Of a stretch of 64,000 nucleotides of DNA, positions 40,661 through 55,001 are shown piece after piece. Origin of the DNA: the human T2T-CHM13v2.0 reference genome, Homo sapiens; assembly GCF_009914755.1 (NCBI RefSeq), contig NC_060929.1. The stretch is one strand, 5' to 3'. The translations under genes were made by a program, and so were the position numbers. Positions within the stretch are counted from its first letter, which is position 1. The number at the start of each line of letters is the position of its first letter. The notes beneath the pieces are model-generated. The model searched no databases. It saw only the letters and a list, made by a program, of their open reading frames with translations, and had not been told where the DNA came from.

Positions 40661-40991
40661 CTACAGGAAAATAGAAATAAATAAAAATCATTTTTTCATT
40701 TTTGGTTGTAAGTGCAATGATCAATTCTAGGACAGTGTTTTGTAAAATTCCTTCTCCCATGAGCAGAAATTTCTGAAATGCCAATAAAGCATGGAAGCTC
40801 GTTTCTCATTTCTTTGAATGGCAAACAAATCTAATATTTAAAGAAGGTTCAAATAATATTTTCCAATCTTCTATCAAATTTCAAGGCCAAGTACTGTACA
40901 CAGATAGTTCAAAATCCCAAGTATTATACTAACTCTCCAAGGAGATTCGAGCTGAAGAACAGCTGGTAGAAAATATATATATCTAGTAAAA

Positions 40992-41161
40992 CAATGGTTC
41001 TCAAACTCCAGCATGCATGTTAAACGCAGCAGTCAGCTGGGTCCTGCCCCCAAGATTACTGATTTCCTATGTCTGGAATCAAGACTGGGAATCCGTCTTC
41101 CTGACATGTTCCCAGGTGATGCAGATGCTGCTGGTCTGGGTCTGCCCTTTAAAAACTACTG
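40992..41161. mobile_element. MER5A-like hAT element
   Basis: caatggttctcaaact ... ttcccaggtgatgcagatgctgctggtc ... aaaactactg. Confidence 0.8.
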
Positions 41162-42143
41162 CATTAAAGTAATTTACTACTGTGTTTTCTAGGGACCAAC
41201 TTATTTTGGCAATGAGCATCATTAAAACAGAGTTCAATGTACATTGGAGATTATTATACCACTAGACAGGTGGTGCTCCAACAATGAGCCTTTAACAACT
41301 GGCAGAGAGCAAATATGAAAAGTGTGATTAAAATGAACATTTGCAACAACTTTGGGCACTCATGTATTAATAAAATATTTTTAAAGTACTCTGAATTAAT
41401 GTCATTTCTTACTGTAAAGCCTCTTATGAGAGTTCAACCACTTCTTACATTTATTTTATATACATATATAAAAATAAGTATATGAGGATACATATGCATG
41501 TTTACATATATGCATATATCCCAAAGTAAAACAGAAATAAAGGCAAAGAATAGTAAGAATTCTTAAACCATCTGGGGAAATAGGTGCCACCACCATATGT
41601 AGAGCTTTTAAATTCCAAAATCTTGAGTGAAAAGCTATCACACTATACTAATTTTTTAATTTACAGGTTTTATACACTCTGAATTGAAGCTTTCAATTTC
41701 TAAGATCCAGATTAGATCATACGTTAACAATGTTAATTTAGTATTTGTTCTACTTTTTTAGTATGCTCAGACTCGCTTCCATACTATTAACACTTTCCCT
41801 GCAAAAGCAAGTGTGTAGATATACTGGAGTCAACATTTTATGCTTTCAATATCACCTTTTGGTGGTGGTGGGGCATCCATAACTACACAGTAGCTCTTCC
41901 TTCCTCACTGAGGGAAGATGACTCCCAATGCTCCCCCTACCCTATTCCAGACCACATAAACACAATGCATGGGTTCATTCTCCTATTGTTCCAAAGTTTT
42001 CCAGGTCTGACACCTCAGCTTAAAGGCACAATGCCACCGAAGAGAATCAAAAGATAAAAGTGGGGAAGGAAAAAAAGGCAAAGGAAAGTAACATGAATAG
42101 CTGGAGTTATAAAGCTCACTGCAGACAGGGAGGTCATACTTAC

Positions 42144-42188
42144 TTGGAGTGGGTGGAGAGGATAATTGAGCCAGACTTCGCGCAGGTC
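42144..42188 (-). CDS. DROSHA: DROSHA coding exon DLREVWLNYPLHPLQ
   Basis: 45 nt, phase 0/0; ttttccag / gtaagt. Confidence 0.96.
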
Positions 42189-44069
42189 CTGGAAAATGGA
42201 GTGATGCCTTTAATGCTCAAGGGAGCCATTTAACGCACTCTAGAGTACTAAATAAAATGTCATTATTTGAAATACGGAACTATTTCAGACACTGACTCCA
42301 CTTATGGCAAATTCAACAGTGCTGGCAAACTAATTTTTTTTTTAAGTGTATTCACCACTCAAACCGCCTGTAGTGACTCTAATTAGCCTATTAAGCTACG
42401 GGGGAAAAGAGCCTCCTCTAGTCCCAGAAGTCAGACACCTTTTAAAACTAAGTTACATATTTGGTTAACTTAATACACTGCACTAAGCTGCTCTTTTAAT
42501 CATATTTTTTTCTTACCATTGTCCAGAAATGTGCATCAGCTGTGCCTTTTGTAATTAAAACTCATTTCAAATGTCCTTCATTTTAGGCACTAATTCATTA
42601 TCATATGAGCTATTTTAAGATGGAGTGGAAAACGCCCCATGTCGTCTTCATAAGATCTTATGTTTATGAGATCATGCTTTTACAGTGGGTCATTACAAAT
42701 GTTCACTTGAACTACTGGAATGAGTGAATTTTATGGAAACCCCTAGTATATTACTTTATCCACTGACTTAAATCTAGAGGTTATAATGAGAACTTCCTCA
42801 GGACTAAAGTGTTTTTCCTTTAGTTTCAGACTCTAGGGAGCCTCTGACTGAATTTACTTCCCGACCTTGATATTAGATTTCTGAAATAAATAACAAAAAA
42901 AAATTCCTTAAGAGGAAAAAATATTTAAGTTTTTTTTTAGAGGGGAAGAAGTATAGGAAAATTTAGTACCACTTGTAACACACAGGGTAATAAAAGTAAA
43001 ATACCTAATATTTCTTGCACAACTGATATCTTAATAAAATACACTCAGGGTTTTTTAAATAATATTTTTTAAAAGCATTTAAACATCAAACTTTCTTTGG
43101 GGCACTTTAAAGGACTTCTCTTAACCAATTCAGAAATCTTTCCTTTGAAATCTCGGTAGTGCAAATTATATTGATTGTTCTTACCTTCTTACAACTTTCT
43201 CTCAATGCTTTTTTTCTTCCTCCTTTCACCCTAAGTGGACATTTATCAAACTTCGGGCCCTTGCCTGACCTATTCATTACCATTTCCACTGGAGAATTCC
43301 ACTATTTCCAGTGCTTTACTACTTCAGTTTGGATTACTCATTCACTTCTGCTGCAGCACTGACCTCTTACCTAAGCTCCCAGTCCATAACTCTAAATATC
43401 ACATGGGCACCTATTACTCCATATGGAACATGATCAAATGATAACTTTTCACCTTTCTCCTTAAACTAGAGCATCTGTTACAGAAGACGGCAGGCTTAGG
43501 AGTCAGGCTGCCTGGGTCCAATCCTGATTCCATCTTGGCAAGTGACTTAACCTAAGCTTCCATGTCCTCAAGCTTAAGACAAAGATAATTGTAGGACCTA
43601 CTCAAGCTGTTCTCTGACAAACACCCTGAGCAATGCACTCAAAGTATTAAACCCAGAGCTGGCCCATAGAAAGTACTACTATTAATAATGATGACAACAA
43701 CAACAATGATAAAGAGCTATTTCTTCCAACCAACCCCAGTCTCCAAGGCTCAAAATTCCCAGGGATCTTGATTCACCTTTCTTCTATCACCTTCATGTCT
43801 TATACCGAAACAAGACTGTGATTCCTCCTTTCATGTCTGCTGCCACCCATCTTGGTGTAATAGCATAACACCCCATGACCAGACTAATGCACCTGTCCAT
43901 TTCCTTTCATCTACCCCATAGACACCGAGATAGGGTTCTGCTGCACCTTGGTGTCAGGGGAAATATACTGAAAAGATCTAGACTGGAACCCCAGTGCTAC
44001 CATTTATTAGCTCAAGGACCTTAGGCAAGGTCTCTACCTTTAGCTGGCTCTTCTGGAAAATATTCTGAT

Positions 44070-44940
44070 CAGGTCATTTGTTCATGCAACATGTTTTTAC
44101 TGAATACCTAACTCTGTCCTAAAGAGGCCTAGTGAGAAAGAATGAAGGTAAATAAGTGCACTTTAATACATTGTGGTAAGTCTCATAATAATGAGATATA
44201 TACATATAAGTGTTAGGAAAACTGCCTGGAGGTGTCAGATAAAGCTTCAAAGAGGAGATGATTCTTCAGATGTGTCCTGAGAATATGAAGATTTTGGCAA
44301 ATCAGTAGAGAGTGAGAATCAAAAACGGGGCACCAGAAACATACAAATAATAAGTCTTAAAGTACATAGGCACAAAAAGGTGATTCCTAGTGAATGGCAC
44401 AAAGAGGGATTAAAAAAACGGCTGACAGATTATGAAAACTATTAAATGCTACGTTATGTAGTATATAGAGCTTGGGAGGCGGTAACCAAAGATTTTAAGC
44501 AAGAAAGGCCCTAACCAAATCTGCATATTGAAAAGAAGAAATGTGGTATGAATGATGGACTGGAGCGGTGGGGGATGGCAGCCGGTTAGAGTTCAAGTGA
44601 GAAATGAGGAGGACAAAAATGAAAGCAGTAGGGTAGCAATTCAAGAAATATTAGGGTCAGAATTGATAGACTCTTGCAATCGATCAGATAAGAGGAGAAG
44701 AAAGCTTAGGGACAAAAATAAATCCTAAGGTTTCTGGTTTAGAAGATAAAAATAAGGAAGGAGGAACACATTTGGGGGTTAAAAGTGATGGGTTCAATGT
44801 TACACATGTTGAAATGAGGTATCTGTGAAACACCTGTGAGGTGCCCAGAGGCAACTTGAAAAGACACTTTTTCCAGTTTCTGCAGCTCCAGAGAAAAGGC
44901 CTGAGTCAGAGGTACTGGGACAGCTGTGTAAAGAGAAAAG
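44070..44940 (+). mobile_element. L2 fragment
   Basis: catttgttcatgcaacatgtttttactgaataccta start and purine-rich L2-like body. Confidence 0.6.
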
Positions 44941-47192
44941 GTGTGGAAAGCAGGGGCATAGGAAAAATCACATTAACACCACTCTAGCTTTCTAAGCGGG
45001 CCATTAACATAATCAAAATGAAACAATGGATCTGAATGTACTGGGTCAAACTTGAAGGGTTACACAAAGACCAAAATACAAAACCAGCAAAACTGGGGCT
45101 GAAAGAGTAAAACTCAGTTGAGGGTGAAAAAGAAAAAAACAGCCCTGCTGTTTACAGGGCTGAGAAGACAGACACAGATAAAGCCAGCAGCAAAGTGAAC
45201 AGGAAACAATGTTTTCCTCAAGGTCTTGCAGCTGCTGTAAAATGCCATTATGACCCTCTGACTAAGGATCACCGCAGATACTTAATCGCCAAGCTGCCCT
45301 TGCCTTGGGACGGCACCCAATCCCAAAGTAATCTCTTGCTGCTCCTAAACTGGCCACAGCCAAGAACCTCCTAAGAATTATTCAGCACCAGCCCAGGCCT
45401 CACAAAGGATGTCTCTCTCCACCCCCACAACACAGCCAATCAACCTGACTTTGTTGCCTACAGGTTTGTCCCTGGCTGTCTTTGGCTAATTAGGCTTTCA
45501 TGATGCCTTATTCAAAAAAGAAGTACATTGGTTCACTAACATCTCTCACATGCTACAACTAATAGGTGGAAACCAATATGGAGATGTCAAATGAGTCAGT
45601 GTCCAAGTTTGTGTACTTCAAAATGCTAAAGAGGAAAACCCATACATTGTGAGCCTTATGCAGTTTCACAAAAGACACACTAAAACAAATTCTGAATCTC
45701 AACCACCCTGTTTGTAAGATAATGTTCACACTCTGCTTTTAATCCAGTCATTTATTCACTTCACTCTTCTAACAAATCTGTATTAAACGCTGCACATGCC
45801 AGCATTGCACTAGGTACTGGAAACACAAGATAAGCTCACTAAGTAGACAACTGGGAGAGAGGCAGTTTAAAGAGAAAAGAATCTAAACACAGACTGATGC
45901 AATTAAAGAAGACAAGTAGAAAACTGCAGCAAAACAGAACAACAGAACACAGTGGATTGGGGGATGCAGGTAAGATGGGAGAAGAGGACAGGGAGGAGGT
46001 GGGGGTGGGGGAAGGAGTCTAAAGGGTGCTGGGGGACACACAGACAAGACTGCAGGAAGGAAAGAGAGCAAAGAGGTTGCTGAAATGACCCACAAAAGGT
46101 GAAGGCCAGAACAAAGAAAATTTAAGATTTGAGAAAAGGTCTTAAAACACACACCATCTGATACAGATGCAAATCAAGATGCACATGTGTTTATATGTGC
46201 AGGACAAAAATGGGGGACACAGAACATCTGTAGATAATCTTCCCATAAGGAGGAAATTCATCCATAAAAATCATCACATATCTCTAGAAAAACAAATACA
46301 AAAATCAAATTCTCAGATATGAACATTGTCCAGGTCATATTTTCCAAAACTATTGATCCTTTTTTAAAAAAACTACCCAAAGTAATACAGTAATAACGTC
46401 TGACAGCCATTTAAGCTGAAGGTTTCACAGAGGCTTAAAACTGGCTTCCCGTGTTCTTTATTGCTCCATGAGGGCTATTTCATTCAATTATAATGACATT
46501 TCAATTTGGAATACAGAGTTGCTTCCCCCTTTAAATGTTAAATTGACTTGTTTTGGTGCAGAAAGCATCCAGTGTACTCTATTACATGCAGGATTAAAAA
46601 GGTGTCTCTGGCAATATTAATAGCTTAATATTTAAGTAACAACAGAAACTATTTTAGAATCTATCATTTTTTCTTAAACTACAATTTGCTTTTAAAAAAG
46701 TACTTTCATACTCTTTATCCATAGCCCTATCAGAAACTCCCTATGAACTGACATTTAAAAATAAATAAACATTTATCTAGTCTACATAATTTACATAAAA
46801 ACAAATCATACACAGAAAAGCCAAAAGGCTATCACTTCAACTAAGCCTGCATGGGGTAGATACCCAATGATTCTAAAATATAAAATCATAATTAGCTTCA
46901 AGACACTTCAAAATGAAGCGAAGTCCTATTATATTTGTATTCATATTTAATTTATAAGTGACCATGAGGAAAGACAGGTTCAGGCCAAAGAAAAACTCCT
47001 TGTGTAAAGGTCCATGGAACTTTCCATCTGCAAGAGTTGAATAAGCCATTTTGGTGTATTGAAATGTCCCATCTATGGTAGATCTGACTATTTTGTTTCT
47101 CCTATATTCTCTTCAAATTACAAAGACCAGCTGAAATAAAATATTCTGTAATAATATATAACAAAAAAAATCAAATGATTCCATAGAAATAC

Positions 47193-47263
47193 CGGATCAT
47201 TAAAGAGCAAGCGTCCAAATAACTGCTTGGCTTCCTCCAGGCTTCCCTCCAAGTAAACAGCTC
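47193..47263 (-). CDS. DROSHA: DROSHA coding exon (G)AVYLEGSLEEAKQLFGRLLFNDP
   Basis: 71 nt; catctag / gtattt; inside ORF 47118..47438. Confidence 0.97.
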
Positions 47264-48199
47264 CTAGATGAAAAACAGAGAATGCCAAAAGAGAGTCTCC
47301 ATCAACAGTCAAAGAAAATGACATATCTCTATAATAAAGCAAAAACGCAAGCCAAAAACTACTCACAGAAAACAAATCAACATGTTCAGAAGCAATTGTC
47401 TTAAAGGTGACATTTCCCCTTTTTGCTATCCTTTGCATTACAAATTAGACTGAAATAATATGAAATTCAATTTACTAACATCTAAATCTAATATTGTAAG
47501 TAAAAGAGGCCAAATATCAACTATTATGAAGGGTAAAGGTATAAACCTTACTAAGGGAGCAATGCACAAATACTTGACTTTAGTAAAGCAAATGTTCTGT
47601 TTTATTTTATGCATTTATAGTATACGTTTCAGATCAAATGTATATAGATACCTAAGGAAAAAAAAACCTGATAGACAAAACCCGAGTCTAGATCAATGAA
47701 GGCATCTGCAAACAAAATATCAGGGGAAGCTTTACCTTTAATTTGGAATAATTAAGCATTAGGCAAACACATTAATGAATCATAACCAGGAAGTACTATG
47801 GTAACATTTTAACTGGGTATCAATTACAATGGAGTACTCATATTTTCTTGAAATCAAATGTTTACACTTGTCTTCAGAAAGGCTACTTTTCCATGTAAAA
47901 TGTTAAGGCACTTAGTTACCAGGGCTTTTGACAACTAAAGACATTCATTATTTATTGATAATTGTAACAATGATAGTCAGAGTAACAGTGGTAGCAGCTG
48001 TTGTGGTTTGGGAAACACTTATGTCCTGGGTACCATGCAAAGCATTTCCACATTCTTATCTTCACTTTCATGGGGTACCTCAGTAGGAGGATGTTAGAAA
48101 AGACTTACAGGATTTAGGCTCATATTAGTTGATTTGGGGGGACAGCTTAAGGAAGTAGAGCTTTGCTCTGGATTGGATGCTGCCAGAATCAGATATTAA

Positions 48200-48345
48200 G
48201 ATCATTATGACAACTCTGCAAGGTAAGTGATACTATCTCCATCTCACAGGCTCACAGATGAGGAAACTGAGGATCAAAGAGATTAGGTAGCTTGCCAAAG
48301 ACACAGATCTGATAAATGATGGAACAGGAAATTGAATCATGTCTG
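48200..48345 (-). mobile_element. MIR SINE
   Basis: cagatgaggaaactgagg core. Confidence 0.7.
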
Positions 48346-49292
48346 GCTGGTTCTGGAGGCAATGGTAACACCAACTGTCAAAAATATTATGTGTACAGAG
48401 CAAAGTAATTCCATGTGACAAATTCTTTGAAAATAGACATATTTGTGAAAAACAGACATAGCTGTGAAAAGACTGTGGATAATTATTAAACATTCTCTTC
48501 CCACTATCATCAGCATGAAACTACAATGGGAAGCTTTTATATTCATTTTCAAAGGAAGAGGGCAAAAATGGTAAGAACAAAGCCCTTTGAAAGCTAAAAT
48601 GTACTTGATCATTTACTTTAAAAAAAAATCAAGTTGTCAATCTACTGTAACATTTCATTGTAAAGCATACAAACTTGCAGTCGCCAGCTAATTAACTCTT
48701 CATAACTTTCCTGTACCAATGGCTAATTGTATTCTGGTTACAGTCAAAAAGAAGCCAAGGAAGTAAAGTGCCTGAGTGAGGAGTGAAATGTCAACATCAG
48801 TCTTGCTTCAAGTGAATCAATAACAGTTATACAGACTCAAACCCTGGGTGGGGCTTAAAAGATGTGGTGTTCTCAAGATGTTTAAAACAGAAATCTTACA
48901 AATAGTTTAATCAAAAGCAACACTGGAGTCTCTCAGCAACCTAATCTGTTTGTTTATGTATGTGATCCTGAATCAAATCTGGAAAGTAATCCATCTCCAT
49001 ATTAACTCACCTCATTTCAATTCATTAAATACTAACCATCTACATGACATCAGACACCAGACACCAATTCAGGCAGTAGAATGCAAAAAAAAAAAAAAAA
49101 AAAAAAGAGGCATGTTCACTGCTCTGAAGGAACTGAAATAACTATAATATAAGGTGGTAGGTGTCGTCCTAGGAACCTCATGTGCTTTGGGAACAAGTAA
49201 TTCTGTCCCAAGTTTCCACACTAAATTTTATGTGCTCTCCAGACTGTTTAGACATGCAAGAAAGTAGACTTCTTGAAGAAGAGAGAAATTAC

Positions 49293-49395
49293 CTATTAAC
49301 GCTTCAAAACAATTGGCCATTGCATGTCGAAGGTCCGATTCTCTACAAAGGTCAGGCCCGTGAGCATACAGCATAAATCGATCCAGTTCAAGTTT
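49293..49395 (-). CDS. DROSHA: DROSHA coding exon KLELDRFMLYAHGPDLCRESDLRHAMANCFEALI(G), includes catalytic E1045
   Basis: 103 nt; tgtag / gtaatt; hand translation in phase with both neighbours. Confidence 0.97.
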
Positions 49396-49806
49396 CTACA
49401 AAATTCACAATGACAAAACGTAAGAAAGAGTTTGCCAAAATCTTAACTATAGTAACTCAGCATCTCTTGCAGAGAGTTGGTGCGGAGACGAGATGGGGGC
49501 AGCGTAATGGTTACAAATCCATGAATATATTAAGAGAGAGTTTAGTTTAACATTCATTAGAAGTCCTATACATACAGCTCAGTTTTCACTAACTCAATTC
49601 TTTCCCAAACAGGCTTCTACAAACTCCAATAGTTCAAGTAGGGTTCAGAATTGATCAGATCTGAACTTTCCAATTCCAAGTTCAGATCAAGCACTAGCCC
49701 AGGCTGGAATAAGACTCTGCTACAAGCCCCTGGGTTCATCCAATATGCCTAGGGAGAGAATTACAAACCTAACACAAACTTCTGAAAGTCAATTTTACGT
49801 CTTTGA

Positions 49807-50147
<341 letters not shown>

Positions 50148-51207
50148 CCAAAATAGATTTTTATGTGGTAGAGTAAGTGAGGACCCTCAGAAGACTTCAA
50201 AATGCCTTACACTTCTAAATCTTTATTTTTATTTGTTGTGACGATTTGGGGACCCCTCTGCACTTGTGTCCCCCTCATGAGGTTTCCATACTCATCTCTC
50301 TGTGGGTTCACTGAGACCTTCTAAGCAATGAATTGGATTGATCTTAAGGGCTCTGAAAATAGCATTTGTAGTGAATTGTGTTTCCTTTTCTGATTTGGCC
50401 TCAGAAGAGTTTAGAGCCAAATTTGTAGCCCAGTTGTAGGTGTAGGGCTGATGAATACGTCAGTGTATACTAACTTTACCTCTGGATTCATTTCACTATC
50501 TTACTCATAGTTTTCCTTTACTTTGATCTCTGTGGCTGCTTATTTCTTATCCCATGGCATTACAACATACAAATCAATTCCAGCCTTTTAGAACTAGACA
50601 CAATGTGAAAGAATATTTTTTATGCAACTCCTGAGATTGAATAAATGGAAATCATAATTCTTTCCATAAAAAAGAAAGCTACAAACATTGCATAAATATG
50701 CAATAAATCCATTTCCATTACCATGTAATTCAATTCAATAAATACTAAGCAATAACATGCCACATAACATGGAACAAATCACAAGTCAATGAACAGCCTA
50801 GGACAATATGAGTTCCACCAGTCCTCAGACAAAAGACATAGATTCTGTGTGTCTCAGTATGTATCTTAAATATCCATATTTATTCATATTGGAAAAACAC
50901 AAAGACAATAAAAATAAGACATATATGCTGTAGTATTTTATACTGTTTGAAATTTGTGATTATAAAATATACTCAAATGAGTTTTGACTACCGCAAATGC
51001 AATAGCAGAAAATATCTCTTTTTAAAAATTGATCCCAAAGTGCAAGAGTTTATACTAGAATATGTAAATTTCATCTGTTTCACAACTTCACTGGGAAAAT
51101 TTAATTGTTTGCTATCTCTGGAGCCCTGCTTGCAAGCAGACCGCAAGCCATATTTTATCTTATAAACATCTACTGTATTCTGGAGTGCTGTGATGTGAAT
51201 TTCCTGA

Positions 51208-51566
<359 letters not shown>

Positions 51567-52659
51567 GTATTAGTACAACTTTTAAAAAGGATAGAGTGGT
51601 GTGCTACTGTTTATGTTTTAAAATGTTCATTAGTCTGGAAGGTGACCTAGAGCTTTCATTAGATTCTCAAAGGGGTCAACAATTCTCCATCAATTCCCTT
51701 CCCTTCCAAATGGTTAAGGACTACTGGTCTATACAGAAGAAAGGTGGGACTGCCACAGCCTTCTGCTGCAGCCAATGGGTGTTGAGTACTATGGGAATGG
51801 CAAGCCTTGGGCTTGGTGGAAGAAGACCACATAGAAATCCCTGAAGGGAGAAACTAGCCACCTCTGTCATTAGTCATGGCTTTGTACAGCACCCAATGGG
51901 TTATATAATAGCTTCTGTTTTCATGCTACGGCAATTCCCCACACTTTGTAAATATCCTCCCTACAAGTGTTTGAAAAATAATTATGCCATTCCATTACAT
52001 CCAAAACTAAAAACAATAAGGAATGGAGTGACTACCTACTTATTAATATGTATTTCCAGTGGCATTTATGTGAATGATCAGGAAGCATTGTGACAATTAA
52101 ATCAACCAAACACTTAAGCAGTTTTACATAGAGTTGTGAAATTTCATTCATTGTGAGCCTGCTAAAACCAAGTTGGCTTACCTGGTTGCTTACAGGTTTT
52201 CATTAAGACATCAATATTTACTTTCTCAAATGCCACTAAAACCAGTTCAAAGCCTACCACTGTAGCTACAATGATGATGTTATCACATAAAATAAAACAA
52301 TGTGTTATTGCTAACACATAAGCTAAAATTAACCACATTTTGAATATAATTAATGCCTTGGCAAGATCAAATTAAGAAACCAGTCATAAAGCTAGGATGG
52401 GCTTTATCTACTCTTTCTATCAAAATCAAACTTTCATATCAAAATGAAGAAAAGATACAAATTACTTTAGGCAAAACCCACAAAAGTTTTGCCAGTGGAT
52501 CCTCAGTGCTTGGGGATTTAAGAGCCACCATTCTGCCTACTATTAAATAAACCCAGAAGTCTATAAAAATGTAAGGATTTATCACAAGAACATGGGTAGC
52601 ATCAATAAAAACAGCCCCTACAAAATTATTAACATCTTTGTGTAATTACTATAAACAAG

Positions 52660-52850
52660 TATTATGCGTAGCACTTTATAAATGACATCATTAAAACTCA
52701 TAATCTCATTTAATTCTCACAACCAGGCTGTGTGCCAAGGGCTAATGTCATTTCCATTTTACAGACGAGAAAGCAGAGGCTTGGAGAAGAGAACAATTTG
52801 TCAATTTGTCCATGGCCACCTGTTTGTAAGAGGAGGAGTGTGGACTGGAA
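52660..52850 (-). mobile_element. MIR SINE
   Basis: tcatttaattctcacaacc..ccattttacagacgagaaagcagaggct. Confidence 0.7.
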
Positions 52851-53478
52851 TGTTCTTATCAGCCATGATTTATTATAATAAGACATAATATGGAGATGGA
52901 AACATCAAATCAGATCACATTTATCTGAATTATGAAAAGGTTCTGTTAGTCACTGAGCTAAGTCAATGAGGCTAGGGGAACAGCCTAAACCCTAAATCTT
53001 AATAGGATTTGTGATTTGGGGGATTCTCAAAGGTGTAGAAAGTACCCCTAGTGGATAAAAAATGGTCTGTAATATTCTGTTCAAAGCTATCATTTGGCTT
53101 GTTAATGTAAATTAAAAACAAATGTACTACAGAAATACTACACAAAGGGAAAAGACAGTATATTTCATTTCTTTTGCTTTGTTCCCATGTTCCTTTTCCC
53201 CAAATGTTTAACTCTGTTCATGCACATCTGTCAAATTTTTCTTCATCTGTTCTCAAGTTACCTCACTGTGGAGTTCATTAGCTGCTGGTGAAACTCACAA
53301 AGGTAACAGAACTAATAAGACTGGATCCTTAAAACCCAACAAAAAATACTTCCTGGTCTGTAAAATATTAACACTCCTAATATATCCTAACGAGTTACTT
53401 ATTCAAATGCAAAATTATGCATGGACCGCAGAAGAGCATGTCAGACGTAACTACAAATGCTGCAGATGTCTTCTATAC

Positions 53479-53578
53479 CTTTGCTAGCATGGCAAGGTGC
53501 TGATTCTGAACAATGGCAGTCCGATAGGTTGCTAATCCTCCTTCTTCCAGACTAGGAAACAAATAGTACAAATGGACG
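53479..53578 (-). CDS. DROSHA: DROSHA coding exon (S)VHLYYLFPSLEEGGLATYRTAIVQNQHLAMLAK
   Basis: 100 nt; tttttgtag / gtatag; inside ORF 53473..53697; matches recalled Drosha RIIIa sequence. Confidence 0.97.
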
Positions 53579-54055
53579 CTACAAAAAAAAAAAGAAGTAC
53601 ATGAATAAATATGCATCACGACATTCTGTCTGTGGCTCTGAGTCACAGAAACAGGGCTGGCACACAGTAGCTGTGCAATGGATATCAGGTGAATCAAACT
53701 AAAGGATCTGATTAAAGTCTTTGAAAGTTAAATGGTAAGAACAGTATATCTGAATGTGCTAAAACCCAGACAGCACCATTCACTTGTATTTTCACATTTA
53801 TTTCTGTTAAAAGATTTCTCTGAAATCTGATGACAACAAAGAGCAGAATAATCAGTTACACACTCTAAGAGCAAACACATTAATACTAAAAATTGGGAGT
53901 GAAACAAATGCTTTTCCTTGGGCTGTGTTACGTGTGGCCCCTGGAGAGAGGAGTCCCTTCTCCTGATTATGTCCATCTTGTGAAAAGAAATAACCTAAAG
54001 AGAATAAAAACAGCTCAAGAGAGTTCCAAGAGAAGCATGTATTGTCTCCCTTTAA

Positions 54056-54401
<346 letters not shown>

Positions 54402-54452
54402 AGCGTCCTACCCGTACTTTCAAATTAAGGATCCTAAAACACTTCTGGAGAG

Positions 54453-54454
<2 letters not shown>

Positions 54455-54500
<46 letters not shown>
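54455..54500. repeat. (AC)23 microsatellite, reading (UG)23 in DROSHA pre-mRNA
   Basis: Direct reading. Confidence 0.97.
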
Positions 54501-54503
<3 letters not shown>

Positions 54504-54941
54504 AAAATCTGGTCATTAAAATTACTTGTAAGCTTTACTTCCCTTGAGATCAGAAAGAGTAAGAAAGGGATCAAAGACAAATCCTAGAAGATGAAATGAC
54601 ATTTTAAAATATCATCCCTTTCTTTACAAATTGAACATAAGCTCTGAAGCATCTAGACCAAGGCAAGCTGATCTCTTGTGGCTGTAAGCAACTTTAACAT
54701 ATACTTGACAGGACAGAGACACCAGCCTTTCATCTTGTAATCTCACTCATTACAGCATCAGTGAGTGCCAGTTATCAGGGCAAGGGCCACAGACATGTGG
54801 CTTCTAAGCTCTACAAAAGAGATAAAATACACGGTGTATCAATGCCTTATTTGGCTAATTACAAAGAAAGCAATGTAATAAGTATGTTACCTATAAAATG
54901 TAATTATTGAGGAATTGTAAAAAACAAAAAAGCCTAATTAC

Positions 54942-55001
54942 CTGGTCAGAAATTCAACAACAGCATCACCCAGGAATTCCAACCGTTCATTGTGGTTAAT
55001 C
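54942..55001 (-). CDS. DROSHA: DROSHA coding exon, RNase IIIa signature (R)INHNERLEFLGDAVVEFLT(S), ~aa 961-981
   Basis: 60 nt; tgtag acceptor and gtaatt donor; RNase III motif ERLEFLGD; phase joins the next exon. Confidence 0.97.
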
